Shown here in pieces: positions 40,701-53,590 of a stretch of 64,000 bases of DNA. Position 1 is the stretch's first letter; every line of letters starts with the position of its first letter. The translations under genes were made by a program, and so were the position numbers. Origin of the DNA: Nemertoderma westbladi (Eukaryota > Animalia > Xenacoelomorpha); NCBI GenBank assembly GCA_032718475.1, contig JAUCBJ010000678.1, positions 62,001 through 126,000 on the forward strand. Direction: 5' to 3'. The notes under the pieces are model-generated. The model searched no databases. It worked only from the letters and a program-made list of their open reading frames with translations, and had not been told where the DNA came from.

Positions 40701-43700
40701 TTTGCTCCCATTGGAACTAAATTTGTTTTAGTCTTTCCCTTGTTATTGGAACTAAGTTCGTATCCATTGGAACTAAATTCGTTTTAGTCTTTCCCTTGTT
40801 ATTGGAACTAAGTTCGTATCCATTGGAACTAAGTTCGTATCCATTGGAACTAAATTTGCTTCAATTGGAACTAAATTCGCATGCATTGGAACTAAATTTG
40901 CTCCCATTGGAACTATATTCGTTCTAGTCTTTCCCTTGTTATTGGAACTAAGTTCGTATCCATTGGAACTTAATTCGTTTTAGTCTTTCCCTTGTTATTG
41001 GAACTAAGTTCGTATCCATTGGAACTAAATTCGCATGCATTGGAACTAAATTCGCATGCATTGGAACTAATTTCGTTTTAGTCTTTCCCTTGTTATTGGA
41101 ACTAAGTTAATATCCATTGGAACTAAATTTGCTCCCATTGGAACTAAATTCGCATGCATTGGAACTAAATTCGTTTTAGTCTTTCCCTTGTTATTGGAAC
41201 TAAGTTCGTATCCATTGGAACTAAATTTGCTTCCATTGGAACTAAATTCGCATGCATTGGATCTAAATTCGTTTTATTATTTCACTTGTTATTTGAACTA
41301 AGTTCGTATCCATTGGAACTAAATTCGTTTTAGTCTTTCCCTTGTTATTGGAACTAAGTTCGTATCCATTGGAACTAAATTTGCTCCCATTGGAACTAAA
41401 TTTGTTTTAGTCTTTCCCTTGTTATTGGAACTAAGTTCGTATCCATTGGAACTAAATTCGTTTTAGTCTTTCCCTTGTTATTGGAACTAAGTTTGTATCC
41501 ATTGGAACTAAATTTGCTCCCATTGGAACTAAATTTGTTTTAGTCTTTCCCTTGTTATTGGAACTAAGTTCGTATCCATTGGAACTAAATTCGTTTTAGT
41601 CTTTCCCTTGTTATTGAAACTAAGTTCGTATCCATTGGAACGAAATTCGTTTTAGTCTTTCCCTTGTTATTGGAACTAAATTCGTATCCATTGGAACTAA
41701 ATTTGCTCCCATTGGAACTAAATTCGTTTTAGTCTTTCCCTTGTTATTGGAACTAAGTTCGTATCCATTGGAACTAAATTCGCTTCCATTGGAACTAAAT
41801 TCGCTTCAATTGGAACTAAATTCGCATGCATTGGAACTAAATTCGCTTCCATTGGAACTAAATTCGCATGCATTGGAACTAAATTCGCATGCATTGGAAC
41901 TAAATTCGCATGCATTGGATCTAAATTCGTTTTATTCTTTCCCTTGTTATTGGAACTAAGTTCGTATCCATTGGAACTAAATTCGTTTTAGTCTTTCCCT
42001 TGTTATTGGAACTAAGTTCGTATCCATTGGAACTAAATTCGTTTTAGTCTTTCCCTTGTTATTGGAACTAAATTCGTATCCATTGGAACTAAATTTGCTC
42101 CCATTGGAACTAAATTCGTTTTAGTCTTTCCCTTGTTATTGGAACTAAGTTCGTATCCATTGGAACTAAATTCGTTTTAGTCTTTCCCTTGTTATTGGAA
42201 CTAAGTTCGTATCCATTGGAACTAAATTCGTTTTAGTCTGTCCCTTGTTATTGGAACTAAATTCGTATCCATTGGATCTAAATTTGCTCCCATTGGAACT
42301 AAATTTGTTTTAGTCTTTCCCTTGTTATTGGAACTAAGTTCGTATCCATTGGAACTAAATTCGCTTCCATTGGAACTAAATTCGCATGCATTGGAACTAA
42401 ATTCGCATGCATTGGAACTAAATTCGCATGCATTGGATCTAAATTCGTTTTATTCTTTCCCTTGTTATTGGAACTAAGTTCGTATCCATTGGAACTAAAT
42501 TCGTTTTAGTCTTTCCCTTGTTATTGCAACTAAGTTCGTATCCATTGGAACTAAATTTGCTTCAATTGGAACTAAATTCGCATGCATTGGAACTAAATTC
42601 GCATGCATTGGAACTAAATTCGTTTTAGTCTTTCCCTTGTTATTGGAACTAAGTTCGTATCCATTGGAACTAAATTTGCTTCCATTGGAACTAAATTCGT
42701 ATGCATTGGAACTAAATTCGCATGCATTGGAACTAAATTCGTTTTCGTCTTTCCCTTGTTATTGGAACTAAGTTAATATCCATTGGAACTAAATTTGCTT
42801 CAATTGGAACTAAATTCGCATGCATTGGAACTAAATTCGTTTTAGTCTTTCCCTTGTTATTGGAACTAAGTTCGCATCCATTGGAACTAAGTTCATATCC
42901 ATTGGAACTAAATTTGCTTCCATTGGAACTAAATTCACATGCATTGGAACTAAATTCGTTTTAGTCTTTCCCTTGTTAGTGGAACTAAGTTCGTATCCAT
43001 TGGAACTAAATTTGCTTCCATTGGAACTAAATTCGCATGCATTGGAACTAAATTCGTTTTAGTCTTTCCCTTGTTATTGGAACTAAGTTCGCATCCATTG
43101 GAACTAAGTTCATATCCATTGGAACTAAATTTGCTTCCATTGGAACTAAATTCACATGCATTGGAACTAAATTCGTTTTAGTCTTTCCCGTGTTATTGGA
43201 ACTAAGTTCGCATCCATTAGAACTAAGTTCGTATCCATTGGAACTAAGTTCGCATCCATTGGGACTAAATTCGTTTTAGTCTTTCTCTTGTTATTGGAAC
43301 TAAGTTCGTATCCATTGGAACTAAATTTGCTTCCATTGGAACTAAATTCGCATGCATTGGAACTAAATTCGCATGCATTGGAACTAAATTCGTTTTCGTC
43401 TTTCCCTTGTTATTAGAACTAAGTTCGTATCCATTGGAACTAAGTTCGCATCCATTGGGACTAAATTCGTTTTAGTCTTTCTCTTGTTATTGGAACTAAG
43501 TTCGCATCCATTAGAACTAAGTTCGTATCCATTGGAACTAAGTTCGCATCCATTGGGACTAAATTCATTTTAGTCTTTCTCTTGTTATTGGAACTAAGTT
43601 CGTATCCATTGGAACTAAATTTGCTTCCATTGGAACTAAATTCGCATGCATTGGAACTAAATTCGCATTCATTGGAACTAAATTCATTTTCGTCTTTCCC

Positions 43701-44113
43701 TTGTTATTGGAACTAAGTTCGTATCCATTGGAACTAAGTTCGTATCCATTGGAACTAAGTTCGCATCCATTGGGACTAAATTCGTTTTAGTCTTTCTCTT
43801 GTTATTGGAACTAAGTTCGTATCCATTGGAACTAAATTTGCTCCTATTGGAACTAAATTCGTTTTAGTCTTTCCCTTGTTATTGGAACTAAGTTCGTATC
43901 CATTGGAACTAAGTTCGTATCCATTGGAACTAAATTTGCTTCCGTTGGAACTAAATTCGCATGCACTGGAACTAAATTCGCATGCATTGGAACTAAGTTC
44001 GTTTTGATATTCTGGGATTGGAACTAAGTTCGCCTCGATTTGAACTAAGTTTGCTTTATAAAATTCATTTTGGAACTAAATTCGTTTCGATTGGAACTTA
44101 AGTTAGTGCTACC
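34708..44113. mobile_element. Foldback-type element with inverted arms built of 21-bp (and 35-bp) repeats; right arm expanded to about 8.6 kb
   Basis: 34720-35122 is (gaacttagttccaatggatgc)n; 35520-44100 is its reverse complement (ttggaactaa[a/g]ttcgcatcca)n; gctccgag direct repeat at 34700 and 44114. Confidence 0.75.
35131..35516. mobile_element. Short Helentron/HINE-like insertion at the centre of the foldback
   Basis: Imperfect inverted ends gtggggcgagccacgta / tacgtggctatctatccccac; subterminal hairpin aataggc-ttc-gcctatt. Confidence 0.5.
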
Positions 44114-45459
44114 GCTCCGAGCTATTAGCTGCTGGCTCGTCGCCAATAGCTAATAGCCGGGGCCAATAAAATTAGCTATTGGCCGCAGCCAGTCCCAGTG
44201 GCTACGGTCCGTGAAGTTAGTAGCTATTTGCGAGAGGAAAGAAAATAGCCTTCAACCAAATCAGAGCCATGGCTACACGCTACGTGCCATGCTATATATT
44301 TCACGTAGGCCTAAACTGTATCTGTTTCATCATTTTGTCTACACAACCTGTATTCGATACAATATTTAAATCAATAATATACAGTTTGTAATAATAAACA
44401 AATAAGAAAGATACGCCCTGGCTAGTATCAAACCAAGACCACCGGAGAGATGTGAATGCAATTCAATGGATTTAACTACTACACAAGGTTTTGTTATTCT
44501 ACAAGGTTTTGTTATTCTACAAGTTTTTGTTATTTTACCAGTTTTTGTTATTCTGGTTTTGTTTTATTTATTTATTTAAAAAAAAATAATTCTAGAACAT
44601 ATGTATTTTGTTCTAGAACAACGGGTGTGGGGTCCGAAACTGGTACGTGCCACGTCCTCAATTAAAAATTAAAGTAAGCCGTGAAAACTTTATATGTGAT
44701 GGGTGGACATTAACTGAAAGATACAAAACAAAGATTCGATGTGGAACCATTGCAGATAGCTGTGTTTTTCATGGGAACCGGGATGACATTGTCTCAAATA
44801 GCTACGAGCCGCGGCCAACAGCTAGTAGCCTGCCGATACTAGCTATTTTCAGTGGCTTTTTACCCGATTTTAGCTGTTGTTATTTGATCTCCTTCTGTAA
44901 TAATTATTATATTGTATATGTAATATTTTCAATAAATATGATCTGTTATATTACATTTATATCATATTTGTTGATGGTGTAATTTAATCAGGGGCATTAA
45001 GTTGCCCAAAGTTGATGTTGTGTTGTATAAAGCGCTAGCTTATATGCGTTGAGAAGTAATAGATATAACAAATACTGTAGGTTAATTTTTTAAAGTCACT
45101 ACATATTTGGCGTTTGCGCATATATGGGGGGACTTCCGGTGCAATAAAAATTCACCACCCTCCCCATGGGAGAATCGACGCAAATAACAGTTGAGTACTC
45201 ACAAAAAGAACTGTAAGATGTTATATTGACTTTAGTTTATTGTTTTGGTTAGAATATATGCCACTGTAACCTGCACCTTTACCTTAATTGATATTATTAC
45301 ATTGAGACGAGATATTAATTCACCGAGAAGGGATATTTGCGTCAAGTTTTCCCCTGATTCAGTTTGCGGTCATTTTACGCCAATAACTCCCAATTGATGT
45401 ACCAGAGAGTAGGCCCTAGAGACACAGATATTATATAAACTGTACCATCCATCGCGCAG

Positions 45460-45610
45460 GTATATTCCGGGAACTGCTCCGTATCGCGCGGCTAAAGCTT
45501 CGGCGTTGCTGAATGAATGTATCCGAGAGGAGATGGAGAAAAGTAAAATCAAACACATCAAACACGAAAAACAGTGCAGTTTAATCGAAGCCTGGCTACA
45601 ACGTGCCGAG
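45460..45610 (+). CDS. Cytochrome P450 exon 4 (G/H helices)
   Basis: cgcag acceptor; AT+G completes Met; YIPGTAPYRAAKASALLNECIREEMEK...SLIEAWLQRAE; gtaact donor. Confidence 0.82.
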
Positions 45611-46156
45611 GTAACTATAAAATCTAAATTATACTAAATAAAAGTGTAAATTACTTTACTATTAATTAAATATTAACACTACAAGCTCTATACTCTGGTG
45701 CATTTCAAGGCTACTATTTTCTTTGGAAAATCCTATTATTAGCAAAAACCTAATAAAGGTAACGTCAAAAATGTCAAGCATCTTTAGCGCATTTCTTAAT
45801 CACTGTTTAAATTATCTTCATATCTACTGCATCTTATCTTATTATTATTATATTCTATTAGTTACTAGAAACGATACGAAGCAGCGTGAAACGAAATTGC
45901 CCAGATAGTCAACGCAGTACTCATATCCACTACAAGTAGGCCTACTGTACTCATCTCCACTTACAAGCTCGCTGCATTCGTACTGTTTTGTCTGAAAATA
46001 ATGATAACGATAATGATAACGGAATGGTTAGAGCGCCAGTCTTCCTAAATGGAGGTCACCAGTTCGTTCCCATCTGGACGTAAATGCCGACTTTTATAAG
46101 CTGTGACCTTATTAATATAATAAATAGTATTAATAAATGTTTATTGCGGTACGTAG

Positions 46157-46331
46157 GACAAAGAAGACGGAGACGCATTCCGGAATGATAAGGACCTGAT
46201 GTACATGTTGCGGGATATTTGGCACGCTTCGTTCGCATCTACGTGGCATACGTTAATGTGGATGTTTCCGTTGCTAGCCAATAACAGTGACGTACAAGAT
46301 CAATGTCATTCGGTTTTGAACGACTTCTATG
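46157..46331 (+). CDS. Cytochrome P450 exon 5 (I and J helices)
   Basis: cgtag acceptor; DKDLMYMLRDIWHASFASTWHTLMWMFPLLANNSDVQDQCHSVLNDFYG aligns with DLFFAGTETT..TL.W...L...PdVQ; gttagt donor. Confidence 0.85.
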
Positions 46332-46971
46332 GTTAGTAGGCCTAATCGGCCTAATTCACCTTCGTGATTCTCTATAAACAGTTATTTTCTAGCACATAAC
46401 GTAAAATATTAGTTATACAGTAGTTTAGGCGAGGCTGAGGTTGAATAAATAGTTAGGTAACATAACAAAGTGTGCTACATGATGAATATGCCTCGCTGAA
46501 CGTATACAATGAATGGTTAAAGTTAAAGATATTCTAGAAAATAGTATATTTCTAAAACTATAATTTAATATGATTCTAAAATTAAAAACTGACCGAAAAG
46601 TATCTGAAAAAAGCTAAACCAAACAAAATATTGTTTAATGCACTGGATTTGGCAAGTTAAAGACATTCTAATATCAAAAACACCACTGCAAACAACACCG
46701 TATCTTCGTGCTCCAATAGCCCAGTCACAATAAGGCTCAACCTCGGACCAATACCAACAGAAATTAAATTACGATTAATTTCTTGCACAAATTTGATGCT
46801 TATCGAAATCAGTTGGTGGGTAAAAAGCTAAAATTCAAATAGAATAATTAACTTTCTCCTTGCAAAATTGCTCCAATTTTCATCATTTTTTAAAGAATTT
46901 ATTTTCAAATCGAAAAGTAAGGAAGGAAGCAAATGTCGATTTCTTTCCCATTTTTTTCCCCAAAAAAATTG

Positions 46972-47816
46972 CAGGTGTCGAACGATTTTGACATGATTTT
47001 TTCCCGGCCCTTTCCCGGTTTTTCCAGGTTCATTTGTGAATTTCACCGGTTTGATGACATAATCTATACCTATAAAAATCAAATTCTGTCTGTCTCTCTC
47101 TCTCTCTGTGTTCGAACTCCTCCAAAACAGGCAGAGGGGTTGCGCTGGAACTATAATATTATTGTATTAAAATATTATTGTAAATATTATATTATTGTAT
47201 TCAATTTAATTGCATAATATAATTATATAATAATAATGTGCATTTACATTGAATTATAATTTTACCCCTCAAGTTAATATATTTTATTAAATACTAAACT
47301 CAGAGTTGTTTTAGCTCTTCTATCTCATCGTTCAGCCTGTCTACTGTTTTAGAATAAAGTTTTCACATAAAGTTTTAGCAACAATTCACAAAAGTTTATC
47401 TATAAAAAAAACCTTTTATCAATAAAAGGCTTGTTTAATCTATGAGCACAACCCTTTTTCCCAATACCTTTTACTTGTGGGTTTTATTTTATTGACATGT
47501 GTGTTGTTTAATAGTGACCTATTTAGTGGCTGACAATATATTATCTTTAGTATTTTTTAACATTTACTATTTTTAACGACTGCCTTCTTTGATATTACGG
47601 GTGGAATAAGGTTTTACCTTCTCCGGTTCTACCTTTTAATAAATAAATAGTAAATAAATAAAAAATAATAAATACAAAATTGGTAATTATTTTACTATAA
47701 AGAATGATGTTCAAAATTGGAAAAATTCCCGGTTACATGAAATTTTTCCAAGGCATTTTCCAGGGTTTTCCCGGTTTAATTTTTTCCCGGCCTTTTCCCG
47801 GTCGTTCGACACCCTG
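46972..47816. mobile_element. hAT-like MITE containing a Helitron-like 5' fragment at about 47063-47135
   Basis: TIR cagg(g)tgtcgaacga / tcgttcgacaccctg with subterminal ttcccgg repeats; internal a|tctatacctataaaa...tctgtctgtctctc; no clear TSD. Confidence 0.55.
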
Positions 47817-49385
47817 AATTTGTGTGGCCAATTTCGATTCGCTGATTATAAATATGGAAACTGCTGTTTTTGATCTCACACCACACCCTGTATGGAGGTC
47901 ATGATGAAAATAGTGAAAATAGTATAGAGCCGGAATAATGTCGGGCGAATAATACCAAATATATAATCAGACCAAGTACAAATATAATGCTGGGCCGTCT
48001 GCCATACAGTGTGCCCTATGAGCTAAGACTGTAAGACCGGTAGTGATATCCTAACAGCAGGACTAGCTAACTACTGCTGTCTGTCTACTCGGTAGGTACA
48101 GTAGTATCCCGAGTCTGTATGTGTCCGTAGTCTGACTCATGGTGAGTCATCCCTACAGTGGTACATGCTAAAAAGTAGAATGAGCTAGAATGATCTAGAA
48201 TGAGCTAGAATGACCTAAGAATCACCTAGAATGAGCTATGAGGAGATGATAGAATGCTAATGCAATACCGACCTATACCGAGGTACAGTATAACAAGATA
48301 CGAATCACCTAGAATTAGCTACAGTATAGGTACGTAATGAAGAACAATACCAACCTATAACGAGATAATACTGACCTATACCGGGCTATAACAAGATAAT
48401 ATCAATCTATACCAACCAAAATATGAGATAATACATGGGTGTATCGACCTATACTGAGCAGTAGTAGGGTCTTGGTGCTCTCGGTGACAGTTGGACCTCA
48501 CTGACTGGCGCCAGACTGTCTGGGCGACACCTAATTAGGCTAATTAGACCCTAATTGACAGGTGTAATCAATTAATTAGTACAATTAAACCCTAATAGGT
48601 GTCTTACGACTCCTAATTAGGGTTTAATTGATTATCCTAATTAATCAATCCGATACGCAATGGTGTCAGTGCTGTCTAACTGTCACAAAGCCGGCGCAAG
48701 AGGGTGTCATAAGTGACACCGCAGCTCTTTTATTTATTAATACTATTTATTTGTACCTAATTTTAATTAATTATTTGTATTTAATTTTGATGTTTTTAAT
48801 TGTAATTATTTTTACTTTATTTATTTGTACTTAATTTTAGATTTACCAATAATTAGTTTTATATATTGGTTTCTAAATGACCTCATTGACTTTCATCTCG
48901 TTATCCTTAGCCATAGGGTATACAGCTCCCTTACTGGTAACTAATTACTCTTATCTACTGTATATCCAGACAGCTTTATCGTTGATCTTTGACCCCCAAT
49001 TAGCTTTAACCAAGCCAGAGCTTATTAATAATAGCTGTATCCAAGCCCCCCGCCCCCTCTCGTGACACCTCTGATTACTAATTACTCTTACCTATATCCA
49101 GCCGTCTGCAGTTCCATAGTCTTCCGCCAGAGGGCGTATTATCTGAAAATTAACATCTTCTCTAACTTTGTTATTTTCATTCCGAATAGGTTTAAACTCG
49201 GTAGGCATCTACTACGGCATAGGCCATATCTTTTGCGGAGTCATAGAGTAGTCTGAAGTTCCCCAGTCTGCCGCTAGAGGGCGAAATGTCTCAAAGTGAA
49301 AACCATATAGTAGCCACGAATTGGTTACTAGGCAATAATACTGCATTTTGCAAAGTTAGGCCTATTGCTGACCGAACGAAAACTG

Positions 49386-49462
49386 CCCTGGTTCATGTAG
49401 GGATCGAACCCATGACATACGGGAGATGTGAATTCAACGCAACCACTACACCAAGGTGGAAC
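49386..49462 (-). pseudogene. tRNA-like sequence (Pol III A/B boxes) in the left arm
   Basis: Minus strand tggtgtagtgg...ggttcgatccc; no convincing cloverleaf. Confidence 0.45.
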
Positions 49463-49524
49463 AGTAACCTTTGAATTTGTTCGTTGCCGTTCGAATTTGT
49501 AAGACTCTCATTTAAGAAATGACA

Positions 49525-49933
49525 CAGACCATGCCTCACTGAGGCACTGAGGCACTGAGGCATAGACTATGCCTTACTGAGGCATAGACTATGCCTCACT
49601 GAGGCACTGAGGCATAGACTATGCCTCACTGAGGCACTGAGTGAGGCATAGTCTATGCCTCACTGAGGCACTGAGTGAGGCATAGTCTATGCCTCAGTGA
49701 GTCATAGTCTATGCCTCACTGAGGCATAGACTATGCCTCACTGAGGCACAGACTATGCCTCAGTGAGGCATAGTCTATGCCTCAGTGCCTCACTGAGGCA
49801 CAGACTATGCCTCACTGAGGCATAGACTATGCCCCACTGAGGCATAGACTATGCCTCACTGAGGCACTGAGGCATAGACTATGACTCATTGAGGCATAGA
49901 CTATGCCTCACTGAGGCATAGTCTATGCCTCAC
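49525..49933. repeat. 22-bp near-palindromic satellite, left arm
   Basis: (gcctca[c/g]tgaggcatag[a/t]ctat)n. Confidence 0.93.
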
Positions 49934-50778
49934 TTCAATATACGAGCACAAAGGAGTTTACAAGCATAGGTTCAAATCCAACTAAAGCTCTATATTTCGC
50001 ATTGAAGTGGAATACTTTAGATGCTGGGGGGGAATCTGGTTTGCGAGGGATATTTGAATGGTGAGTGTAACTATCCTTGAGAGTTAGTGTAACGTTATCT
50101 CACTTTACCACTGTACTCACATCTGCTCTCTCATTGGCTGCTCGATGCCTCAGATTAAGGGTATAAGGCCTTCAAGCTGATCATTTGCTTAGTTTTCTAA
50201 TTAGAAGGTCGTGAGTTCGAACCCTAGAAGAGCAATATTCTTTTTCCTAGCTCTTGGCTGACTCTAGTGTACACTAGCTTTGACTCTCCCAGCTATAGTG
50301 GTAGTATGCAACCTTGGGAGTTAATGTGCGGTCTTATGAGTAAAGGCCAAGAGATTAGACTTCAGGTTGCCTCCATTGATTCACTCTTCTTAACTTTATA
50401 AAATAACTCAACCCTTATTTAAAGTTTTAAAAATTATGACTTCGTCGACCAATTTTCCAAAGTATATTATAAAAACATATAATTTCTTGAATAAATAGAC
50501 CTAATAGTAATAAATATTGTGGGGTAAATACATTTATAATACTAATATAATTATTATGGATAAATAGTCCTAATACTAATAGAATTGTTATGGATAAATA
50601 GTCCTAATACTAATATAATTGGTATGGATAAATAGCCCTAATACTATTATAAAAGGAACTCAAACAAACAAATGTCAAATTTTCATCATTCTCTTCTAAA
50701 TGTTTAATAAATTCTGTAATTTAATTTTACTTCCTAGAACTTGGGTCAATGTTGCCTCATTATTTTCTTAATTTTCCT

Positions 50779-51338
50779 TCAAATGTTTAATAATTTTCCG
50801 CAATTGATCTTATTTCCAAGTAATTGTCTCTTTATTTCCTCATTATCATCATTTTCATCCTCTTCTCCACTTCCCTGATCTTCACTTTCTTCACCCTCTT
50901 TCTGACCTTCACTTTCTCCATCCTCTTCCCCACCTTCACTTTCTTCATCCTCTTCCTGATCTTCACTTTCTTCGTTCTCAACCTCACTATCTTCAACTTC
51001 ATCCTGATCCTCACTATTTTCATTCTCCATCTCATCGTCCTCTTCTTCTCCATCTTTCTCACTCAAATTTTCCTCATTTTCTAGGGGTAACTGTTTTTGT
51101 ATCCCTTTCAAAATATTCATAACTTTATGAAATTTTTTTTCCATTGTCTGTTTTATATTTAATATATCACGCTCATCTCTCTTTTTCTTTTCATCTTCAC
51201 TAAAAATATCTTCGGATTTTTTAAATTTTTTGGTAACGGAGCCATTAGTTTTTCCTTTCTATGTGTTTCCATATGACGAGATAAATTGTCTTGTCTCATT
51301 TCTTTATTACAAACCAAACAACTTTCATGTCTATGCAT
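50779..51338 (-). pseudogene. C2H2 zinc finger plus acidic low-complexity protein, with one frameshift in an A-run at about 51250
   Basis: MHRHESCLVCNKEMRQDNLSRHMETH from ATG 51338; adding one A joins NGSVTKKFKKSEDIF... into the 50779-51144 acidic ORF. Confidence 0.65.
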
Positions 51339-51478
51339 TATATAGCAATTTCAATTGATAATATTGAATTTTAGCTAAATGATTTTACAAAATTTTAAAT
51401 AAATAAAACTTTTAAGAAAATAAATGAAACTTTTTAAAATAAAACTTAGAGAATGACTGGGAATGCGTTGAACGGGGG

Positions 51479-51580
51479 CTATTATAGAGGAAGGCTAGAA
51501 TGGATTATCCAATCAGAGTGCGAGGGTGAGTTAGGCAGCCAATCAGGACGCGAGGGAGGAAAGTTAGACAGCCAATGAGA
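51479..51580 (-). promoter_or_regulatory. Putative promoter: three CCAAT boxes plus a TATA-like motif upstream of the zinc-finger ORF
   Basis: ccaat at 51509, 51539 and 51572 (30-33 bp spacing); CTATAATAG on the minus strand at 51479-51487. Confidence 0.45.
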
Positions 51581-51799
51581 GAGAGCAGATGCGAGTACAG
51601 TGATAAAGCGCCCGCCCCTCCATGGTGAGATAACGTCACACTAACTCTCAAGGATAGTTATACTCAGCATTCAAATATCCCTCGCAAACCAGATTCCCCC
51701 CCCCCCCCCCAGCATCTAAAGTATTCCACTTCAATGCAAAAATAGCTTTAGTTGGATTTGAACCTATGCTTGTAAACTATTTTGTACTCGTATATTGAA

Positions 51800-53452
51800 G
51801 TGAGGCATAGACTATGCCTTACTGATGCATAGTCTATGCCTCACTGAGGCATAGTCTATGCCTCAGTGCCTCAGTGAGGCATAGTCTATGCCTCAGTGAG
51901 GCATAGTCTATGCTCAGTGAGTCATAGTCTATGCCTCAGTGAGTCATAGTCTATGCCTCAGTGCGTGAGGCATAGTCTATGCCTCAGTGCCTCAGTGAGG
52001 CATAGTCTGTGCCTCAGTGAGGCATAGTCTATGCCTCAGTGCCCAGTGAGGCATAGTCTATGCCTCAGTGAGGCATAGTCTATGCCTCAGTGAGTCATAG
52101 TCTATGCCTCACGTGAGGCATAGTCTATGCCTCAGTGAGGCATAGTCTATGCCTCAGTGCCTCAGTGAGGCATAGTCTATGCCTCAGTGCCTCAGTGAGG
52201 CATAGTCTATGCCTCAGTGCCTCAGTGAGGCATAGTCTATGCCTCAGTGAGTCATAGTCTATGCCTCAGTGAGTCATAGTCTATGCCTCAGTGCCTCAGT
52301 GAGGCATAGTCTATGCCTCAGTGAGGCATAGTCTATGCCTCAGTGCCTCAGTGAGGCATAGTCTATGCCTCAGTGCCTCAGTGAGGCATAGTCTATGCCT
52401 CAGTAAGGCATAGTCTATGCCTCAGTAAGGCATAGTCTATGCCTCATTGCCTCAGTGAGGCATAGTCTATGCCTCAGTGAGGCATAGTCTGTGCCTCAGT
52501 GAGGCATAGTCTGTGCCTCAGTGAGGCATAGTCTGTGCCTCAGTGAGCATAGTCTATGCCTCAGTGAGGCATAGTCTGTGCCTCAGTGAGGCATAGTCTG
52601 TGCCTCAGTGCCTCAGTGAGGCATAGTCTGTGCCTCAGGGAGGCATAGTCTATTCCTCAGTGAGTAATAGTATATGCCTCAGTGCCTCAGTGAGGCATAG
52701 TCTATGCCTCAGTGCCTCAGTGAGGTATAGTCTATGCCTCAGTGAGGCATAGTCTATGCCTCAGTGAGGCATAGTCTATGCCTCAGTGAGTCATAGTCTA
52801 TGCCTCAGTGCCTCAGTGAGGCATAGTCTATGCCTCAGTGCCTCAGTGAGGCATAGTCTATGCCTCAGTGAGTCATAGTCTATGCCTCAGTGAGGCATAG
52901 TCTATGCCTCAGTGAGGCATAGTCTATGCCTCAGTAAGGCATAGTCTATGCCTCAGTGCCTCAGTGAGGCATAGTCTATGCCTCAGTGAAGGCATAGTCT
53001 ATGTCTCAGTGAGCATAGTCTATGCCTCAGTGAGGCATAGTCTATGCCTCAGTGCCTCAGTGAGGCATAGTCTATGCCTCAGTGAGTCATAGTCTATGCC
53101 TCAGTGAGGCATAGTCTATGCCTCAGTGAGTCATAGTCTATGCCTCAGTGCCTCAGTGAGGCATAGTCTATGCCTCAGTGAGTCATAGTATATGCCTCAG
53201 TGCCTCAGTGAGGCATAGTCTATGCCTCAGGCCTGAGTGCATAGTCTATGCCTCAGTGAGCATAGTCTTGCCTCAGTGAGGCATAGTCTATGCCTCAGTG
53301 AGTCATAGTCTATGCCTCAGTGCCTCAGTGAGGCATAGTCTATGCCTCAGTGAAGGCATAGTCTATGCCTCAGTGCCTCAGTGAGGCATAGTCTATGCCT
53401 CAGTGAGGCATAGTCTATGCCTCAGTGTACCTCAGTGAGGCATAGTCTGTGT
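51800..53452. repeat. 22-bp near-palindromic satellite, right arm (expanded)
   Basis: (gcctcagtgaggcatagtctat)n with 30-bp variants. Confidence 0.95.
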
Positions 53453-53511
53453 CATTTCTTAAATGAGAGTCTTACAAATTCGAACGGCAACGAACAAATT
53501 CGAAGGTTACT

Positions 53512-53590
53512 GTTCCACCTTGGTGTAGTGGTTGCGTTGAATTCACATCTCCCGTATGTCATGGGTTCGATCCCTGCATGAACCAGGGCA
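53512..53590 (+). pseudogene. tRNA-like sequence (Pol III A/B boxes) in the right arm
   Basis: tggtgtagtgg at 53521 and ggttcgatccc at about 53564; mirror of 49386-49462. Confidence 0.45.

Noticed and set aside
35615-41959. MDANLVP and LELNSHP repeat ORFs
   Set aside because: Artefacts of the 21-bp satellite
47970-48030. GRLPYSVPYELR as a possible P450 K-helix exon
   Set aside because: Wrong phase relative to exon 5 (gives a stop) and the ExxR spacing is wrong
49286-49474. 62-aa ORF and its mirror at 53452-53784
   Set aside because: Duplicated only because it lies in the inverted arms; overlaps tRNA-like sequence; no recognisable domain
53512-53590. Functional tRNA gene
   Set aside because: A/B boxes are present but the acceptor and anticodon stems do not pair convincingly; the same applies to about 46021-46075
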